Assembly: GCF_006345805.1 (NCBI RefSeq)
Contig: NC_042998.1
Location: 70,928,001 to 70,992,000, forward strand
DNA length: 64,000 nucleotides
Direction of reading: 5' to 3'
Source: Octopus sinensis
Lineage: Eukaryota
Part shown: one piece after another, positions 1-15,509 of the stretch
Position numbering within the stretch: the stretch's first letter is position 1
Layout: the number at the start of each line of letters is the position of its first letter
The notes under the pieces: model-generated
What the model was told of the DNA's origin: nothing
The model's input: only the letters and a program-made list of their open reading frames with translations
The model's database searches: none
Position numbers and translations under genes: made by a program

Positions 1-2105
1 TTACGTTCGACCTATATTACCTATGATTGCTGTGAATGAAAATGGCTCCAAGTTTTTATATGCTGCTACTGTTACAAAAAAAAAGAAGTATTTTCTTAGT
101 TCTTCTGTAATTTCTTCCCATCAAGTGAACGCAATTTGTATAGTACAGACTTTTATATGCGAAGCAGCATTTTGCATCGCAATTTATTGGCCAGTTCGAA
201 CGATTTTTCGCTACATAGAAATATCGTTTGAATAAGAGGGAAGCAGTTACATCGAAAACAAATTAGACTTTTTTCTATAAAACTATCGATTATGAGACGT
301 TAATGCATTTCTGAAAAAAATAAAAGTTTCAGATGTAAAGAGAACGTAAATATTTCAACGGAGGGAAAGTATAAGCAAATACCTACATACTTGGCATTAC
401 TTCTCTACCCTGAACTATTCATCAATTCATTGCTATGTCAACAACATAACGGTTTTCTTTTTGCTTTTGTTGCTGAAGTGACCTTAATAATTATTGATTA
501 CTAAGTCTGAAAACGAATGATAATTTTGAAACCCGTTAAACTTTTACCTCGCAACCTGTAGCGACAGAAGTTCAATACGGAAAACTCATTAGTCCCATTA
601 ATTATTCATTTTTGCCTAATCACTTCATAACAACCACGGATTTATATGCAGGCGCTATACATGCTAGTAATGGCAGTTGCATCTCCTTGAAATCACTTTT
701 ACTGCCTTAAAAATAGTAATGGCACACAATATAATTTAAACTAGACGGATAATTTATACTAGTCTTATATATGAATACATGATGATCATGTCGAAAATGC
801 ATTTTGATTATAGTTCTGCTTCCACAAAGCTGATCTGAAGATAAACATCAACTTTATTTATTGATCGTATGTTGATCTCTTTCAAGAGGTTTATACCTTT
901 TTTTGAGACCATTAATGCTAAGTGAAACGAGATAACTAAACATAAATATTGTGGCACGCTTCTGGGTGGGCCAGCAATTGATTTTTTCTATGATGTCTGC
1001 TTTAAGTAGAGTAGGATACGATTCCTCATATTAATTCCAAGAAACGAACTGACAAAGACTAGAGTCTAGAGAATCGTCTACAGTTCATGATTACAAATAC
1101 TATCAGCACTAGAAAAGTGAAACAAAGTTGATTCAAATGCAATTTGAAACCGTAGTGTAAATAACGATCACAAGCCAATATCCACCTGGAGGAAAGTTAA
1201 ATTCTTCTAATTGTCAACTGCAAAAGCAATTAACAATCAATGAATAGCTCATATCATCCGCGTCATCAGCAACGTTTTTTTTTACTTATGAGGCGGCAGG
1301 CAAATACAGACATTAACCTATTTTATACAACCTCTGTCCATTAAGGACCTATATTTAATGTATTTCACATTGGCTTACTTTTAAATTTCTAAATGGATTA
1401 ATGTTTTATCGTTAGAGACTTATATTGTGTAGACACAATAACTTACGCTTTTGAAAAATTATGATTAAAATTCAGGAGAAATTCTGCAAATAAATACATC
1501 ATTTAATATAGTGAACGTTTTATGTTTTTACATCAAATTCTATGAAAAATTTCTCATATGTTTTCAAACTTTTTTCTTGTTATATATAATTTAATACCTA
1601 TATTGTTTATTTTACGTACTTAGAATTTACTATGCCATCAGCAGCGAGCTGATATAAAGTTATTTTTTTTAAATGAAATTATCCGTGAAATGCTGTGATA
1701 AGTTTTGTTGTTATAGATTTTTCAATTGTATTTATTTGAAAACATGGTGTCCTGGCTAACACACACTCTTACAGATAGAAATTACACGTATATATATATA
1801 TATATATAATATAATTGGAGTAAAAACCTCGTAACGGTAATTTAAGAGCTCTTTTGTCGCTGTTTGGCTGTCGCATGTTATCCGACAGTAGGATATATTC
1901 CGGGGCTAAATGCACATGTGGAACTCCTCCTTGCATTAGATCAATACAAGGATAATATAACACAAGGATGGAGGATAACAGGCTTTAATAGTAGATCACA
2001 AGATTTATTTCTGCTCCACACTGGGTATTCAGAAAGATCTCCAATTGGATGAAAATCCAGCACACAGCTGTTGCTAAAAAATATTCAAATATATTAGTAA
2101 GGGCA

Positions 2106-2260
2106 TGGCGTTAGGAAGGGTATCCTGCTGTAGAAATTCTCCCAGATCAAAATTGGAGACTGATGCAGTCATCTGGTTCGCCAGTCCTCAGTCAAAATCG
2201 TCCAACTCATGCTAGCATGGAAAGCGGACGTTAAATGATGATGATGATGATATGATGATA
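2106..2260 (+). mobile_element. 3' part of a SINE/RTE-type retroposon ending in (GAT)n
   Basis: ggcgttaggaagggtatcc...gctagcatggaaagcggacgttaaa followed by a (TGA)n tail; family recognised from memory. Confidence 0.55.
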
Positions 2261-2345
2261 ATATTAATCATAAAGGACGATCTTCCATAAAATCATCCTC
2301 GTGTTATACACACATATACACATGTATATATACATATATATGTAC

Positions 2346-2425
<80 letters not shown>

Positions 2426-5400
2426 CCATATATACAAGTATATATACATATATGCATGTACAGTTATCTTCTTTCTCTGAAAAATGTTCTTAAACAGTTA
2501 CTCTGAGTTTCACGCAGACAATGTATTACGTGAAGATAGATTCGGTGTCTTTCATATTTTAAATGACTAACGATCTTATCTTTTCAGTTTACTATGCTAA
2601 GTTTGCTAAAGTTGTCTCTACAAAATACATTTCCCATCCACCAAACTGTTATTTGTCAATGAGTGAAACAAAGTCAACAATATTCCAGGCGTTTTATCTA
2701 AGATTGTGCGATTGTCCAAAATTGTACTTATATTTACCTGATGAAGAGTGAAGTATTGAGTAAGGTAAGGTTTCACTCGAAAACCTTTTCTGTGCGAAGT
2801 ATCAACAGATTTTTAGCTGGATCTGATTTAGCCATTCATGCGGTTACATTTCAGCCGAAGTTCTATGGAGAATCGGATAGGTTGAAGTTTAAGTCATTGC
2901 AAAACTGTACGGAAAACCAAAAGTCACTTCTTTACAGGCAATAATTAGTACTGTTTAGGCTATTTCTCAACACGAATAATCTAATCGGGATGAGCTTAAA
3001 ATGAACCCCCTATCGTATTGTTCCTGTGATTGCAAATAGCCTTACTTACGAATCACAAACCCATTATATTATTAAAAAAAATATTTAACTCAAAATGACG
3101 TATTCAACAAACAACATATCCGAAACAAAAGAATAACGTACATTAGGAAAAGAAAATATTGTTCATAACGAGACAAGAAATAATAATATAGAGGAAGTGA
3201 CTGACTGACTTGTATTTAAAGGGAAAAATTTGACAAGTCAGTCAGTCACCGGCTGACACTCGCTGACCACACAGAAGAAAGAAATGCACCGAACACCAGA
3301 GCAGAAGACACCTCCGAAGGGGGGGGGGCACGTCAAAACGGTAGAGAATTAGGGGCGAAACCGGACGTGGTTCCTCCTGATGATGTCTTGAGCTAACTGG
3401 ATCCTATAAAGGAACTGTTGTGGTAGCAGACCACGAAACACGGTTGTAATTCCTCCTTCAGTTTACTTAACATATTTGTTATTTTCTTGTAATATAGCAA
3501 AATATTCAGTAACATTTGGAAACGCACCCAATCATAAATTTCTCTCGTGTAACATCTCAGTTAGTGATCAAAGCGCTCATCCATGACAAGTCGAGTGACG
3601 TTGAGGCAAATATCCTGATTCAAGTTAATCTTACTGATGGAAAACTGCGATGACCCGAATATACCACAACATAACTATCTGAGGATGTTACGGAACTCAA
3701 TGAATGAAATGAGTCTTCCCTGGGAACATTAGCTAGTGTACTAATCACTTTGCTACCTGGCAACAGAGCATGGGAATAGGTTTCAAAGAGACACAGAGAA
3801 TTAACGTGCATCAGGAGGCAAATTAACATGAACGTAGTTTGGGCTGGCTTTTAAGGGTTCAGTTTAGTTGATGAGAAAACAGAATCTGGATTTAATAGTT
3901 GGAAGTGAAATACCCTTAGAAGACCTTTTAGGATATTCAAAAATCCACCCATGAAAAATTTCAGCGGTGGCTTTGAAAATCAATAATCTCATGGAGTAAA
4001 GAGCTTTACGTATTAGAAACTTGTATTCACTTTCTGCAACGCAGTATAGCCGCATTATTAACTTGATAATACCAGTATTTCTTTCAGTTTCACAACTCAA
4101 AGTTGCGTGATAAGATGTGGTCTTACCAAATGCCACATGTCGATTACATAAGTAGGTTTTCACTGAACGGGACATGAATAAATTTCTTTCTGAACGAAAA
4201 GAAGTGGTACTCCACAAAACAAAAAAATATTGTCTTGACATTTCATGACAGCCGAGGATGTCATATCATTACAAGGAATAGCAAAATGAAATATGTGTCA
4301 GTAAAAGAAAGGTATGTTATGCGTGTGGTTGAAAAATAAACTTTCACGTCCATATTCAAATATACAAACTTTTATTTTGTTACGTATCTTTAATTAGAGC
4401 GTGATCACCTTTCTTATGAAATTGTGGTTTGTTCTCTGCTCAAGTAGAACAATTTGAAAAAAAACATTCTTGATGTCCTCAATAAAAGAGTATTGTCTTT
4501 TGCAGGAAAATACTGAGGCATTCTTACTTGACTTGTATAGAATCAACCTTTTAAATATATATGCAAGATATCAACAACGGGCGTAGCAATACAAAATACT
4601 TGAATAGATATTATCCGAACCAACACAGTCATTGTCTGGTCGTTATTGGTCAGAAAAACCAAAATTTTCAAATCCTAATCGCCATCCATCAATTTAAATA
4701 TTTCACTTTTTTTCTGCATCTGTCTTGCACGAATATGGTATGTTGCCATGAGTATGTTGCTACGAGTATGTTGCCACGAATATGGCTATGTTACTAAAAA
4801 TTATAAGGGCATGATTTAGTAGCAAATGACTTAAATACAGCTGAATAATGAATCTTGCTACCAGCAAACGCCCTTGACATGAACACTGCTTGCCTATCTA
4901 CTCAGCATAAATTAGTAGATGCAATCACGTCAGAGAGATATCGGACTTTGCAACAGAGAAGATGACAAGATGATGCGAAGAGTATGGAATTTAAGACATT
5001 TCTTCAAATTAGTAAATTCTGTGAATATTTTTGAACTAGAAGCGTCTTCTTGGCATAAGGAATGAATAGGCCTGTTACTTTTTAAAGAACCGAATAATCT
5101 TCTACACGGTGTCTATCTGGCAGCTGTGCGTTGACTTGCACAGACAGCTGAAGTGACCTCATCACATAGTAACAATACTGCTTCGGTCAGTGATATTTAT
5201 GCAATATGCACAAGCTGCTATTGAGCGTAACTTGCAAACGCAAGTGGTCAGATTGTCTTCTTGCCTTCATAATGAATAAAGCGTTTTTGGAAGATTGGAG
5301 TATTTCAAGTTTTATAAATAGATCTTTCGTTCCAAGAGATAAATTATTCATGTATATTCACTTATTTCTACATTTATAAACTTCCGTTATTGTAATTTAA

Positions 5401-5867
5401 CTCAGTAATCCGCGTTGAAATCTATTTTATATTTCTGTGTATTTTCAATAAGATGATCTAGAAGAGGAAAATGTTTATGTGACTCAAGGAAATTCACTCA
5501 ACTTGAATAAAAGAAAGATATAGCTTTTAACTTAATTGTTTTAGTGATTTAACGAAATCCCCGCATGGTGCCCGTTTGAAATATCAAGATAAATTCTTGG
5601 TTTCGGCAACAATTTCATTATATCGTTAATATTCATTTAAGTAAATGAAATCTATATCTTTCGAATCTTGCCTCTCGATTCGAAATATCTACGCAATTTT
5701 ATTATTTTTATCCAGTGAAAGACATTTAAAATTATATTTTTGACTTCAGAAGTCAAGGTTTCGCTTTACTAAACAGGTAGATAACAACACTGAGAAATGA
5801 GTATTTTCTGAATAACAAATAAATAAGTTCTCTTGTGTCTGGGGAGATTCATTTTCTTTTTGTGCCC

Positions 5868-7011
5868 TATAATATAACACACTCACCGGTAAAATTTCCA
5901 CTTTTTTCTCATTTTTATTTTCCTAAAATTTTCGTTGCGTCTTCCAACCTTTTCAATAGTTTTGACTCTGTCCGCTTTTTACACTGCGTTCCCTTTTGTT
6001 TGTTTGTGCGCATGTGTGTGTGCCTATACATGCATGCATGTATAGGCACACAGATCACAATTATGTAGGATATACCCCTGGCATTAACTGTTGAACTCGA
6101 AATGTAGTTTACAGCATAAGATGCATAGAAGGTGAACATGACGTACATAGAGGAAACATCTAGGTGCATTGCGGAACAAATAAATGAACATCTAAGACAA
6201 TATGACGTCAGGAAACAGTCCTCCATACTCTACCAACATACCAAAGACCACCATGGAGGTAACTTGGATCAACTTGACATCCGCATCTTATCCAAGCACC
6301 GAAAAGACCCAACACTCAGACAAATACGGGAGTACGTCCTTATAAATGAAACCTCTCCAATACTAAATAGGAAATATACATAGTAACTACCATACCTCCA
6401 TACCCACAGTTTACACAGGTAGAGGAGAATAGTTAGTGGACTGTTAGGTAGATAAATGTATGTAAGTGTGTGTGGATGTGAGTGTGTGTGTATGACCCCC
6501 CTTTAAAAAAAAATTATTATTATTATTTTTTTTTATGTATGTAAGCATGAAAATAAACAGATCAACATACAGACGGATAGGTACATAGGCTATAAGAACA
6601 GACACATATGGAGACACATATTCACACATATAAAGATGCACATCGATACATAGAAACATGGTACATTGTTGCATAACACACACACAGACAGACATGCACA
6701 CACAAGGACGCAGAGCTGCATACATATACAAACACATGCTCACACACACATACATACATACATATGCATACACACACATATATACATACATACACATGCA
6801 AACACACACAATCATACATACGTACATGTATGCATGTATAGGCACACACACACACTGACCCACACACATGCGTACAAACAAACAAACAAAAAGGAACGCA
6901 TTGTAAATAACGGACAGAGTCAAAACTATTGAAAAGGTTGCAAGACGCAACGAAAATTTTAGGAAAATACAAATAAGAAAAAAGTGGAAATTTACCGGTG
7001 AGTGTGTTATA
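5868..7011. mobile_element. Foldback/TIR element with ~170-bp imperfect inverted arms (5868-~6040 vs ~6840-7011; terminus resumes at 7395)
   Basis: tataatataacacactcaccggtaaaatttcc... at the left end is the reverse complement of ...ggaaatttaccggtgagtgtgttata|ttata at the right end. Confidence 0.7.
6101..6383 (+). pseudogene. Penelope-like element GIY-YIG endonuclease fragment (frameshifted)
   Basis: NVVYSIRC (6101) / TYIEETSRCIAEQINEH...SILYQH...R...E..I..TSPILNR matches the PLE GIY-YIG pattern VVY..C..C..YIG.T.R....R..EH....LN. Confidence 0.8.
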
Positions 7012-7394
7012 TCTTTATATATAAAAGTAAGGTTGTGTGCTGTCTGTCTCCTACGATTTAGATTCCTAACTACTGCCACATTTTGCGGTGCAGTTTAACC
7101 AAAACCGGGTATCTTATAGTCGTGATTCATATCGAGCCCTTCTGGGTATTAGCGCGCGTCTACGATGTGTCTACGATTTAAAAAAAAAATTACCATTTTA
7201 ATGCATTTTCGGCATATATAAGGGAAGTAACTCTCTAAAAATGTATTATTAAATCTCAGAACGTAAAAAGCCACAGTAACCCCCCACCCTTTGTGGTTAG
7301 CCATATTGAGATGGCTATTATACTTTACATCTCTAAAACTGCTTATATAGTTATTTCCCTTACAAACCCGAGCAACGCCGGGCGATACTGCTAG
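7012..7394 (+). mobile_element. Non-autonomous Helitron (383 bp)
   Basis: 5' TC and 3' CTAG termini, subterminal hairpin CCCG-agcaacgc-CGGG (7367-7382), inserted between A and T without TSD; removing it restores the TIR terminus gtgtgttata-ttata. Confidence 0.85.
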
Positions 7395-8260
7395 TTATAA
7401 TATAAAAAGAAAATGACTCAACGGACACAACAGAATATGCTTCAACACACGAACTCATATAAAGAATCTTGCAAACCAAATCCAAAAACGAAAAATAAAT
7501 AAGTATATAAATAAATAAATAAATGAATAAAGAGTTAAAATAAATAAAGAGTTAAAATTGCCAGCATAATATTTATTCTGATGGTAGAGCTATTATGAAA
7601 ACATATCAGAATAATTCCCATGACAAATAACTGAAGTGTTGATCTAGTTATTCTTTGACCCAGTAGACCTATGATAAAAGATATTCCAGCGTTAATCATG
7701 CCTTCATTTATTCAGGCATAATATATTGAAGAGAATAGGTTAGTATTTGGCTGGCAATATTTGTGGCTCTCCTTTTGGGTTTTACAGTTATAAGAAGTAG
7801 AATGTAACACGTCTCGCGTCCTTTGATAGAGGTGAACTTAGAAATGTGTAAGAAGGTTGCATGCAGAGCTGAGAAGTGTATCGAAATGTGATAAAATATT
7901 GGTGTTAGAGAACTAATGTCACTAGCTTAGATGAAAAGGAGAACGAAGTGAAATAATGACATTAGAATGAAGGATCAATGTAGTTGTAAAGTAATAAGAA
8001 ATGTATATATGTATGCATTGACGAAAGTGATAAACGCTGGAGACAAATTTGGGTGCGTAGAAGTAGGAACAGAATATATATTTAATTATTAATGTACTAA
8101 ACAACGTGTCGTCAATACTATGAAATTTGCATCAGGTTATAACTTTGTACAAATATTTAACTCGCTGTGATGTGAAATTGGTCCTCCTGGACAAAAAAAA
8201 TGTTATGTTTGTTCTCTCTGCATACACTCAGTGTATTTTCCAATATAATGTGTCTGTGAT

Positions 8261-8333
<73 letters not shown>

Positions 8334-8430
8334 TTAATCCAAACAAGAAAACACAAAGAGAAAACACAACAACGCGAGGACGTGGAACAAGTATAGTGTT
8401 ATTGGACGCTCAGAAAAGAAAAAAGAAGGA

Positions 8431-8461
<31 letters not shown>

Positions 8462-8692
8462 GTGTGTGTACATACAAATATACACGAAAGATCTACTTAC
8501 AAAAGTACAGTCGCATAACAGAGTGTAATATCATCACGGAAGAAGGATCAAAGAATTACAAATAAGAGAGCGTATAGTTCAGTTTTGAATATACCAAGTG
8601 TTGATTGGAAAATAACTCAGTAAGCGAAAATCATTGGAGGGACTAAAAGATACGCTAATAGTTTATAAGTGACTCAGTACGATATATTACAA

Positions 8693-8728
<36 letters not shown>

Positions 8729-9430
8729 AGCAAACAAACTTATAGTAATGGTTTCGATTCTCATCATGTGTTGTATATTTCAATGGACGCTATGATTCAT
8801 TGTCCGAGTGCAGTGACAAAGTCATTACATACAAATATCCGATATTTTATACGTCAAATAAAATAAAAATTGATAAAGAAGAGATATGATTTTCTAATGA
8901 GATTTCCGGTTGATTGACTCGCTGTCAATGAAGATTGAATGAAGTTTCTATAGGTTGTTAGTGAGTGACAGCTAATAACTCTACTTTCGGACATTGAGAA
9001 ATTTAGATTAATGTTTTAGGGAGACAATAATACATTTTAAGACGGTGATGGTAGCAAGTATTTGGAGTGCGGTATACATTTTAGGATGAACCTATTTCAG
9101 AAGTTCTTATAATTGAGTGATAAAAAACATAAACTTTTCACATAAATTTCTCTTCATAAAATATCTCTGATGTCATTTTTATGTAAATGTTAGAAAAGGC
9201 AAGAGGTGACCACAGAAAAGGATAGTTTCAATAAATACCTTTACATAAAAGCCTATGAAGATACTGCCACAAAACTAGTAGATCATTAATACTTCTCTGT
9301 GGAGGTAAGGCAGAATATTCCTATATTCACTACCCTCAAACATCTCTGCCTGTAAACATTCGGTGAAACTCTACATAGCTTACCGGCTGCTATTTCTAGC
9401 AAAGATCGTATTTTGTGTCCATTAGCTATG

Positions 9431-9483
<53 letters not shown>

Positions 9484-9534
9484 GCATATATTTATTTATT
9501 CATATTCAGAGAGAGGGAGAGAGAAAGAGAGAGG

Positions 9535-9602
<68 letters not shown>

Positions 9603-10323
9603 GAGTGAGTGAGTGAGAGAGGCGGGGAGAAAGGTATTTAGAATTAGATTAAAAAATAGTGGAGAACCTTTGATGAAACAGAACAAGTCAGGTGAGTCAC
9701 AATTATTTTTCTGCGCAGCTAAGAAAACAATAGGACGATTTTGCACTGTTTTAATCTTCACAAGTAGGGCTTTCAAGAATAACCACAGATACACACACAT
9801 ATATATGCACACATCACACAAACAGAAAAAAATTGCACATACAAAGCTATATATGTTTGTATGTATATGCATTTGATTGTGTATATGGGTATGATTAACA
9901 CACAAGTCTATCAGTTAAGGAGGAGATAAATAAACAAATAATACATGACGATATATAATAGAAATAGAGGACTGAAAAAATATGTAAAGTTGAAAAAAAA
10001 ACCCAGAAACAATGGAAGTAAATAAGTACGCCAATGAAGAAACAAGAGAATAACTGATCAGAAAGGAGTAGGGGGACGAAACAAAGACAAACCGAGAAAG
10101 CGATTGACGAGAAAAATAGAGGGAGTGAATTGGTATATATATATATATATAATATATATATATATATATACATATATACATACACACATATATATATATA
10201 CAAAGACTCTTTCTATTCCTGAGCGTTATACTAATACATCTGTTTGTTTTGTACACCACCTGTCTTCGTCTTTTGTTTTTTCGTAAACTCTCCCTATATA
10301 TACATATATATATATAAATCAAT

Positions 10324-10361
<38 letters not shown>

Positions 10362-10403
10362 AGAGAGAGAGAGAGAGAAGGTAAATAGATTTACATATAT
10401 ATA

Positions 10404-10451
<48 letters not shown>

Positions 10452-10457
10452 ATGAAA

Positions 10458-10505
<48 letters not shown>

Positions 10506-10559
10506 CTCTCTCTCTCCCTATATATATATGTATATTGATATGTGCATATGCATACATAC

Positions 10560-10605
<46 letters not shown>

Positions 10606-11551
10606 ATGCGTGTGTATGTGCGTGTGTGTGTTTGCGTGTGTTTGTATGCACGGGCGTCTAAGTGTGTGAATAATATAATCTTGAAATATGTTTTATCAGT
10701 TCGTGCAGCTAAAGTTTTAGATATCGTTTTATCTATAAATACAGAATTAAAGAATCGAATATTTAATCTATCACCAACTATACAGTTTTCCTTTCTTTAC
10801 ATTTTAAAACTTCTACAAATAACTTTTTATTGCAGTAAAGAGGATAATATATCTAAGCAACTACTATAGACTTCACTGTCTTGTAGGGAACAACAAAAAA
10901 AGAAATATGAAAAACAAAATGCTACTGATCATGTCTTCCAGCATTTTGTTATAAATACATCAATATATATGGCGTCCTGGAATTGGAATTACTTTGATGG
11001 TGTGAAAAACGCAATAATCTAAAGTTGATTTCTCATCGATAGATGGCGAGTTTTGTAAGAAAAAAAAATTAGAGATTAGTAGCTGCTAGGAGACGCAGTG
11101 CAGCATTCACGTTATAATTTTCTCCCTTTGATGCCAATTAATGTATTTGTCACTTCTTGTCAACAGCCTTAAGAGAGATAGATGGAGAGAGGTTGAGAAG
11201 AGACTTCGTTTAAACAAAGGATTTTGCTGCGCCAGTAAATATTAAATGATTTCAAGCAAAATAGATTTGTGAAGAAATGAATCAAAAGCAGAAACACAAG
11301 GAGAGGTCAAGTGAATGTATGTGCGTGAATATTTGTCTATGACTATGTATATCTGTGTATGTATATTAGTGTATGTATTTGTGTATGTATTTGTGTATGT
11401 ATAACAGAAAGGAAGTGATGAAAGGGGGTACTATGCAAGAGTTAAGCAAAATTAGACGAGGCGATATAAAAAGAGATTTTAAGGTAAGTTAATATAACTT
11501 GAAACTTTTGATGAAGTTCTTCGTCAAGGTGACGTGTTTGCATTTGATTCT

Positions 11552-11700
11552 CTTATTGAGACCGGGCTGCGTGTTGTGTTCTTGAGCAAGACACTTTATT
11601 TCACGTTGATCCAGTCCACTCAGCTGTAGAAATGAGATGCGACGTCACAGGTGCCAAGCTGTATCGGCCCTTGCCTTTCCCTTGGACAACATCGTAAAAC
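11552..11700 (+). mobile_element. SINE fragment (central gtgttcttgagcaagacactttatttcac block)
   Basis: Recognisable SINE core-type sequence; head decayed. Confidence 0.45.
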
Positions 11701-12491
11701 AGAAGCAGTCTGTGGCATGTATAAAAAACGAAAAGTGGATCGTGTATGGTGTGGAAAAAAAGCAATGTATTTGCGTCGAAGGTTATACACTTTTCCCATA
11801 TCGAAGTTACGAGGAAAGTCGATAAGCTGAAGATTTCTGTATAGCTCATGGTTACCAACTAGAGTTGCCCATGAATGCGAATAATAATCCAAATTGAAGC
11901 AAATATATATACCGATAGATAAATAGATTAATAGATATACACGCATGCACACATTATAGACTATCCCATCGTTAATTGACTGATGAGCGTTCCGTAATTT
12001 CTTGTTGAACAACGACATAGATGCATTGTTTATGGCGATCAAATGTTTGTCTTCACCTAAGCTCACGCCCTCCATCATATCGTCATTATCGTGAAATCTC
12101 GAAAAAGATTGCAGAGCGACGTGGAATGAGGAATTGTATTCGATATACTTCTTATAGTAACCGTGCAGAAAAAGTTCGGGTTGGTGAGCTTGTTTTGGAA
12201 TGGAGTAGTATAATGTAAATTAATTAAGTCAAACCATATTTTGAATGCATTTATTATGTACCTTTCAGACTATTGCGCAATAGATAAAAGGATATTAATT
12301 TCTTATGCGTGATCTTCATCTTTTAAGACGTTTCAAAATGAAAATGTCTTAAGTGAGGAAGATCTTGCGTAAGGGATGAATTGCCTCTTATCCATTGCGC
12401 AAGGATCTGAAACATATATACTAAATAAATTTATATGGTCATTACTTACTCTGGCGTCATTATACACGCACACACACACACACACCACACA

Positions 12492-12540
<49 letters not shown>

Positions 12541-14149
12541 CGAGTGTGTATGATTGTGTATAGAATATATTACTTAAAGAAATTCCAAGTTTGATGTTCA
12601 CGTTTTATTTACAACCTTATAATAATGTAATATAATATAATATATAATATAATATAATATGATATAATATAGTATAATATAATGAAATGATAGAATATTA
12701 AATGTCCGTTCTAGAATTTTCATGCATTACACTATGCAATCTTCAGGTTCATGTAGCAGTGGTGACAGTTATGTTTTACTATTTACAACTGTAGTGAGAT
12801 GGCTTACGGTACACAGTTTAGCCATCTCACTACAGCTTTATATAAAGAGTATATATATTCTGATCAAATATTCCATGTGTTAACATGTACCTTTGTGCCA
12901 CAATGTAAACTCTCATTTAATCAAGATACCCTTGATCTGAAGAGTAGACGCTGATGTACACCACACTTGGATATTTACCACTTACTGAGGTTCCGTTGGT
13001 TATGAAACACATGTAGCCCGGATCTTATCTACTCCATTCCTTAACGCTTGTATTTTTATTCACATACCCGGCAAACCTGGTCGCCTACCGTGATATATAA
13101 AAAAGAGCATTTTCCTGTTTATCGTACTTCGATATGAAAAGCTTCTGTGAATAAATCACTGTTGTGTCTGAAAGTTGTTTTTTATATTTATTACGGATTA
13201 CTTGAATATATATATAAGTGTGTACACACACACCACACACACATATACACACATATCTCTAGAGAGAACAGCATAGGGGAATACAACAGAAGCAAAAATG
13301 TAGATTAGAGCATTAAATACATCGAGTGTTTTAGGTTGCTTTTTAATATACAGATATCTACACGCTTATTTAAACAATAATAATTCTCTTTCCGCCCAAT
13401 CGCAACTGCCACGCTGTCCTCAAATACAATCTTTATTTCTCCCCCACAAATCCGAAGGGATATTAACTACGAATAATCATTTCAATATAAGAAATCAGCC
13501 TCAAAACCTGAAGCCTACCGTCCCCAATAATCGTAGCAGTATAAAAATTATCTCTCGTTCACTTGCAAGAACTGTAGGGCTAAATATATCGCATCAATCC
13601 CAACACTAACTATACAAACATATTCTATAATATGTTCTATAATGCTAACTTAATTGAAAACAGGTTTAGCAAGCACAATCATTCTTCACAGTTTTACAAC
13701 TGAAAATCTGATCTCTTATAACGGATTATGTTTGGTTACTCTAGTACTCTAGTAACGCCTTTAACTGGGGAATATTTCCTTTTGCTAAATCCTATTTCAG
13801 TACCACAATCTATGTCAGCTGTGTATATCCGAGTCTTTGTGATATTCCTCTCCTGTCTAATTCTGTTTAACATACAACCCAAGCCATAATCTGCAACCAA
13901 ACCGAAAGTATCCCAAACCAATTACATTACTAAATATGGAGTTCAGAAGCAACTTAATAAATTGAAGACAACTGGAATCTACGGCCAGCAACAAATCTTT
14001 GTACAGCACTTTCCTGGTTACAGTATTATTTACAATGTAACACTATTCTCTTATTTAATGAATAAAGTAATCAGCATAGTATGAAATATTGTCAGTATAA
14101 AATTAGGTACGCATTTACATTCGGGGACAAGCAAACGCCGCCAACATAC

Positions 14150-14181
14150 TACTATTACTACTACTACTGCTGCTGCTGCTG

Positions 14182-14250
<69 letters not shown>

Positions 14251-14262
14251 TTACTACTACTA
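14150..14262. repeat. (CTA)n/(CTG)n trinucleotide microsatellite
   Basis: Directly visible; source of the poly-Y and poly-V ORFs. Confidence 0.95.
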
Positions 14263-15344
14263 CGTGAATTATTAATAAATCTACACATTCAAGCATGTAT
14301 GGGCATATAACGAAGGCTCTAAACAACTGCCTTCATGTTAACAGATCTATAAACCTGCTAGCCTCCCATATTTTATTCAAGTGTGTCATTAGCCTGAATA
14401 AATAAATCTCTCAAGTTTACTCTCACACTTATAAAAGGGCTCAATATCTGTGAAGCCGTATACAATATATTGCAAACCCTTCAATAGATTTTTAATCATT
14501 GTCTATACAGTGCATATAGCACATATATAATATTTTACTTTGTGTTTAACTAAACTGTTAATTGCCACCAGGTGAACCTATACGCTCGTTCGGTAATTGA
14601 ATCCTTAAACGCAAAGTCAGAGTAAAATACTAGTGAATTGATAATTATGTTTAAGGTAATAATAGCCATTAATGATGTAATTAGTAGCGAGATAAGCTGC
14701 TATATATTTCTTATATTTTAGAGATCTATGCTACAATTGCAATTTAAATCTGCGGAATAAGAAATAACTCAGCAACCTGCAAATTATTGAAAATCACTAG
14801 AGCTTTTCGGTAGCGGGTGTCTAACCCTCATTTCATATAAAACTCATAGGAATTCCAATACATACACGCTTGCACATTCATACGCACATTTATAAGGCAT
14901 TTTCTAACAGATGAGTTTATAAATTAATAATCATTGATTACAAACAAATCTCAATCCACAGGATTATTAGATACTACCTCCTAGAATAAATTGGATTGCG
15001 AAACTTTTAGCATCCATTAGTTGATTTTCGATAACTCGATAATTCGATACCCCTTCTTTAACCTCTCATTAACCTTTATTGTCATATTTAGCCCCGCTGA
15101 TTTCTCATTTTACATAGCAGTAGACTAATAGCCTTCTTCACAAACAATTATTTAGCTCCTCATATCTCAAATCTCAACGAATCTTTAAATGTGTATTTCA
15201 TATTTTCGAATGCTGCTTGAAAACGACGCCAACTTTCGACGAAATATCTTACTTTCTCGCGAATTTTCTAAATTCTTATAACATAAACAATATATGTGGA
15301 TGAGTATACATTTACATGTCTGTATCAGTCTATATTTTCCCCAT

Positions 15345-15384
<40 letters not shown>

Positions 15385-15452
15385 GCGCGTACACACACGC
15401 ATGCACACACGCACGCACATATGCATATGCGTTTAGTTCAATAAGTTTGTGA

Positions 15453-15509
<57 letters not shown>

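Noticed and set aside
3211-3530. TG...CA segment with TATAAA followed by TGG (LTR plus PBS-like), and a 17-bp inverted repeat at 3197-3249
   Set aside because: No second LTR, no recognisable gag/pol downstream and no tRNA match I can support
12700-12755. Minus-strand CUGAAGA-hairpin-GAAA
   Set aside because: No valid UH triplet or stem I
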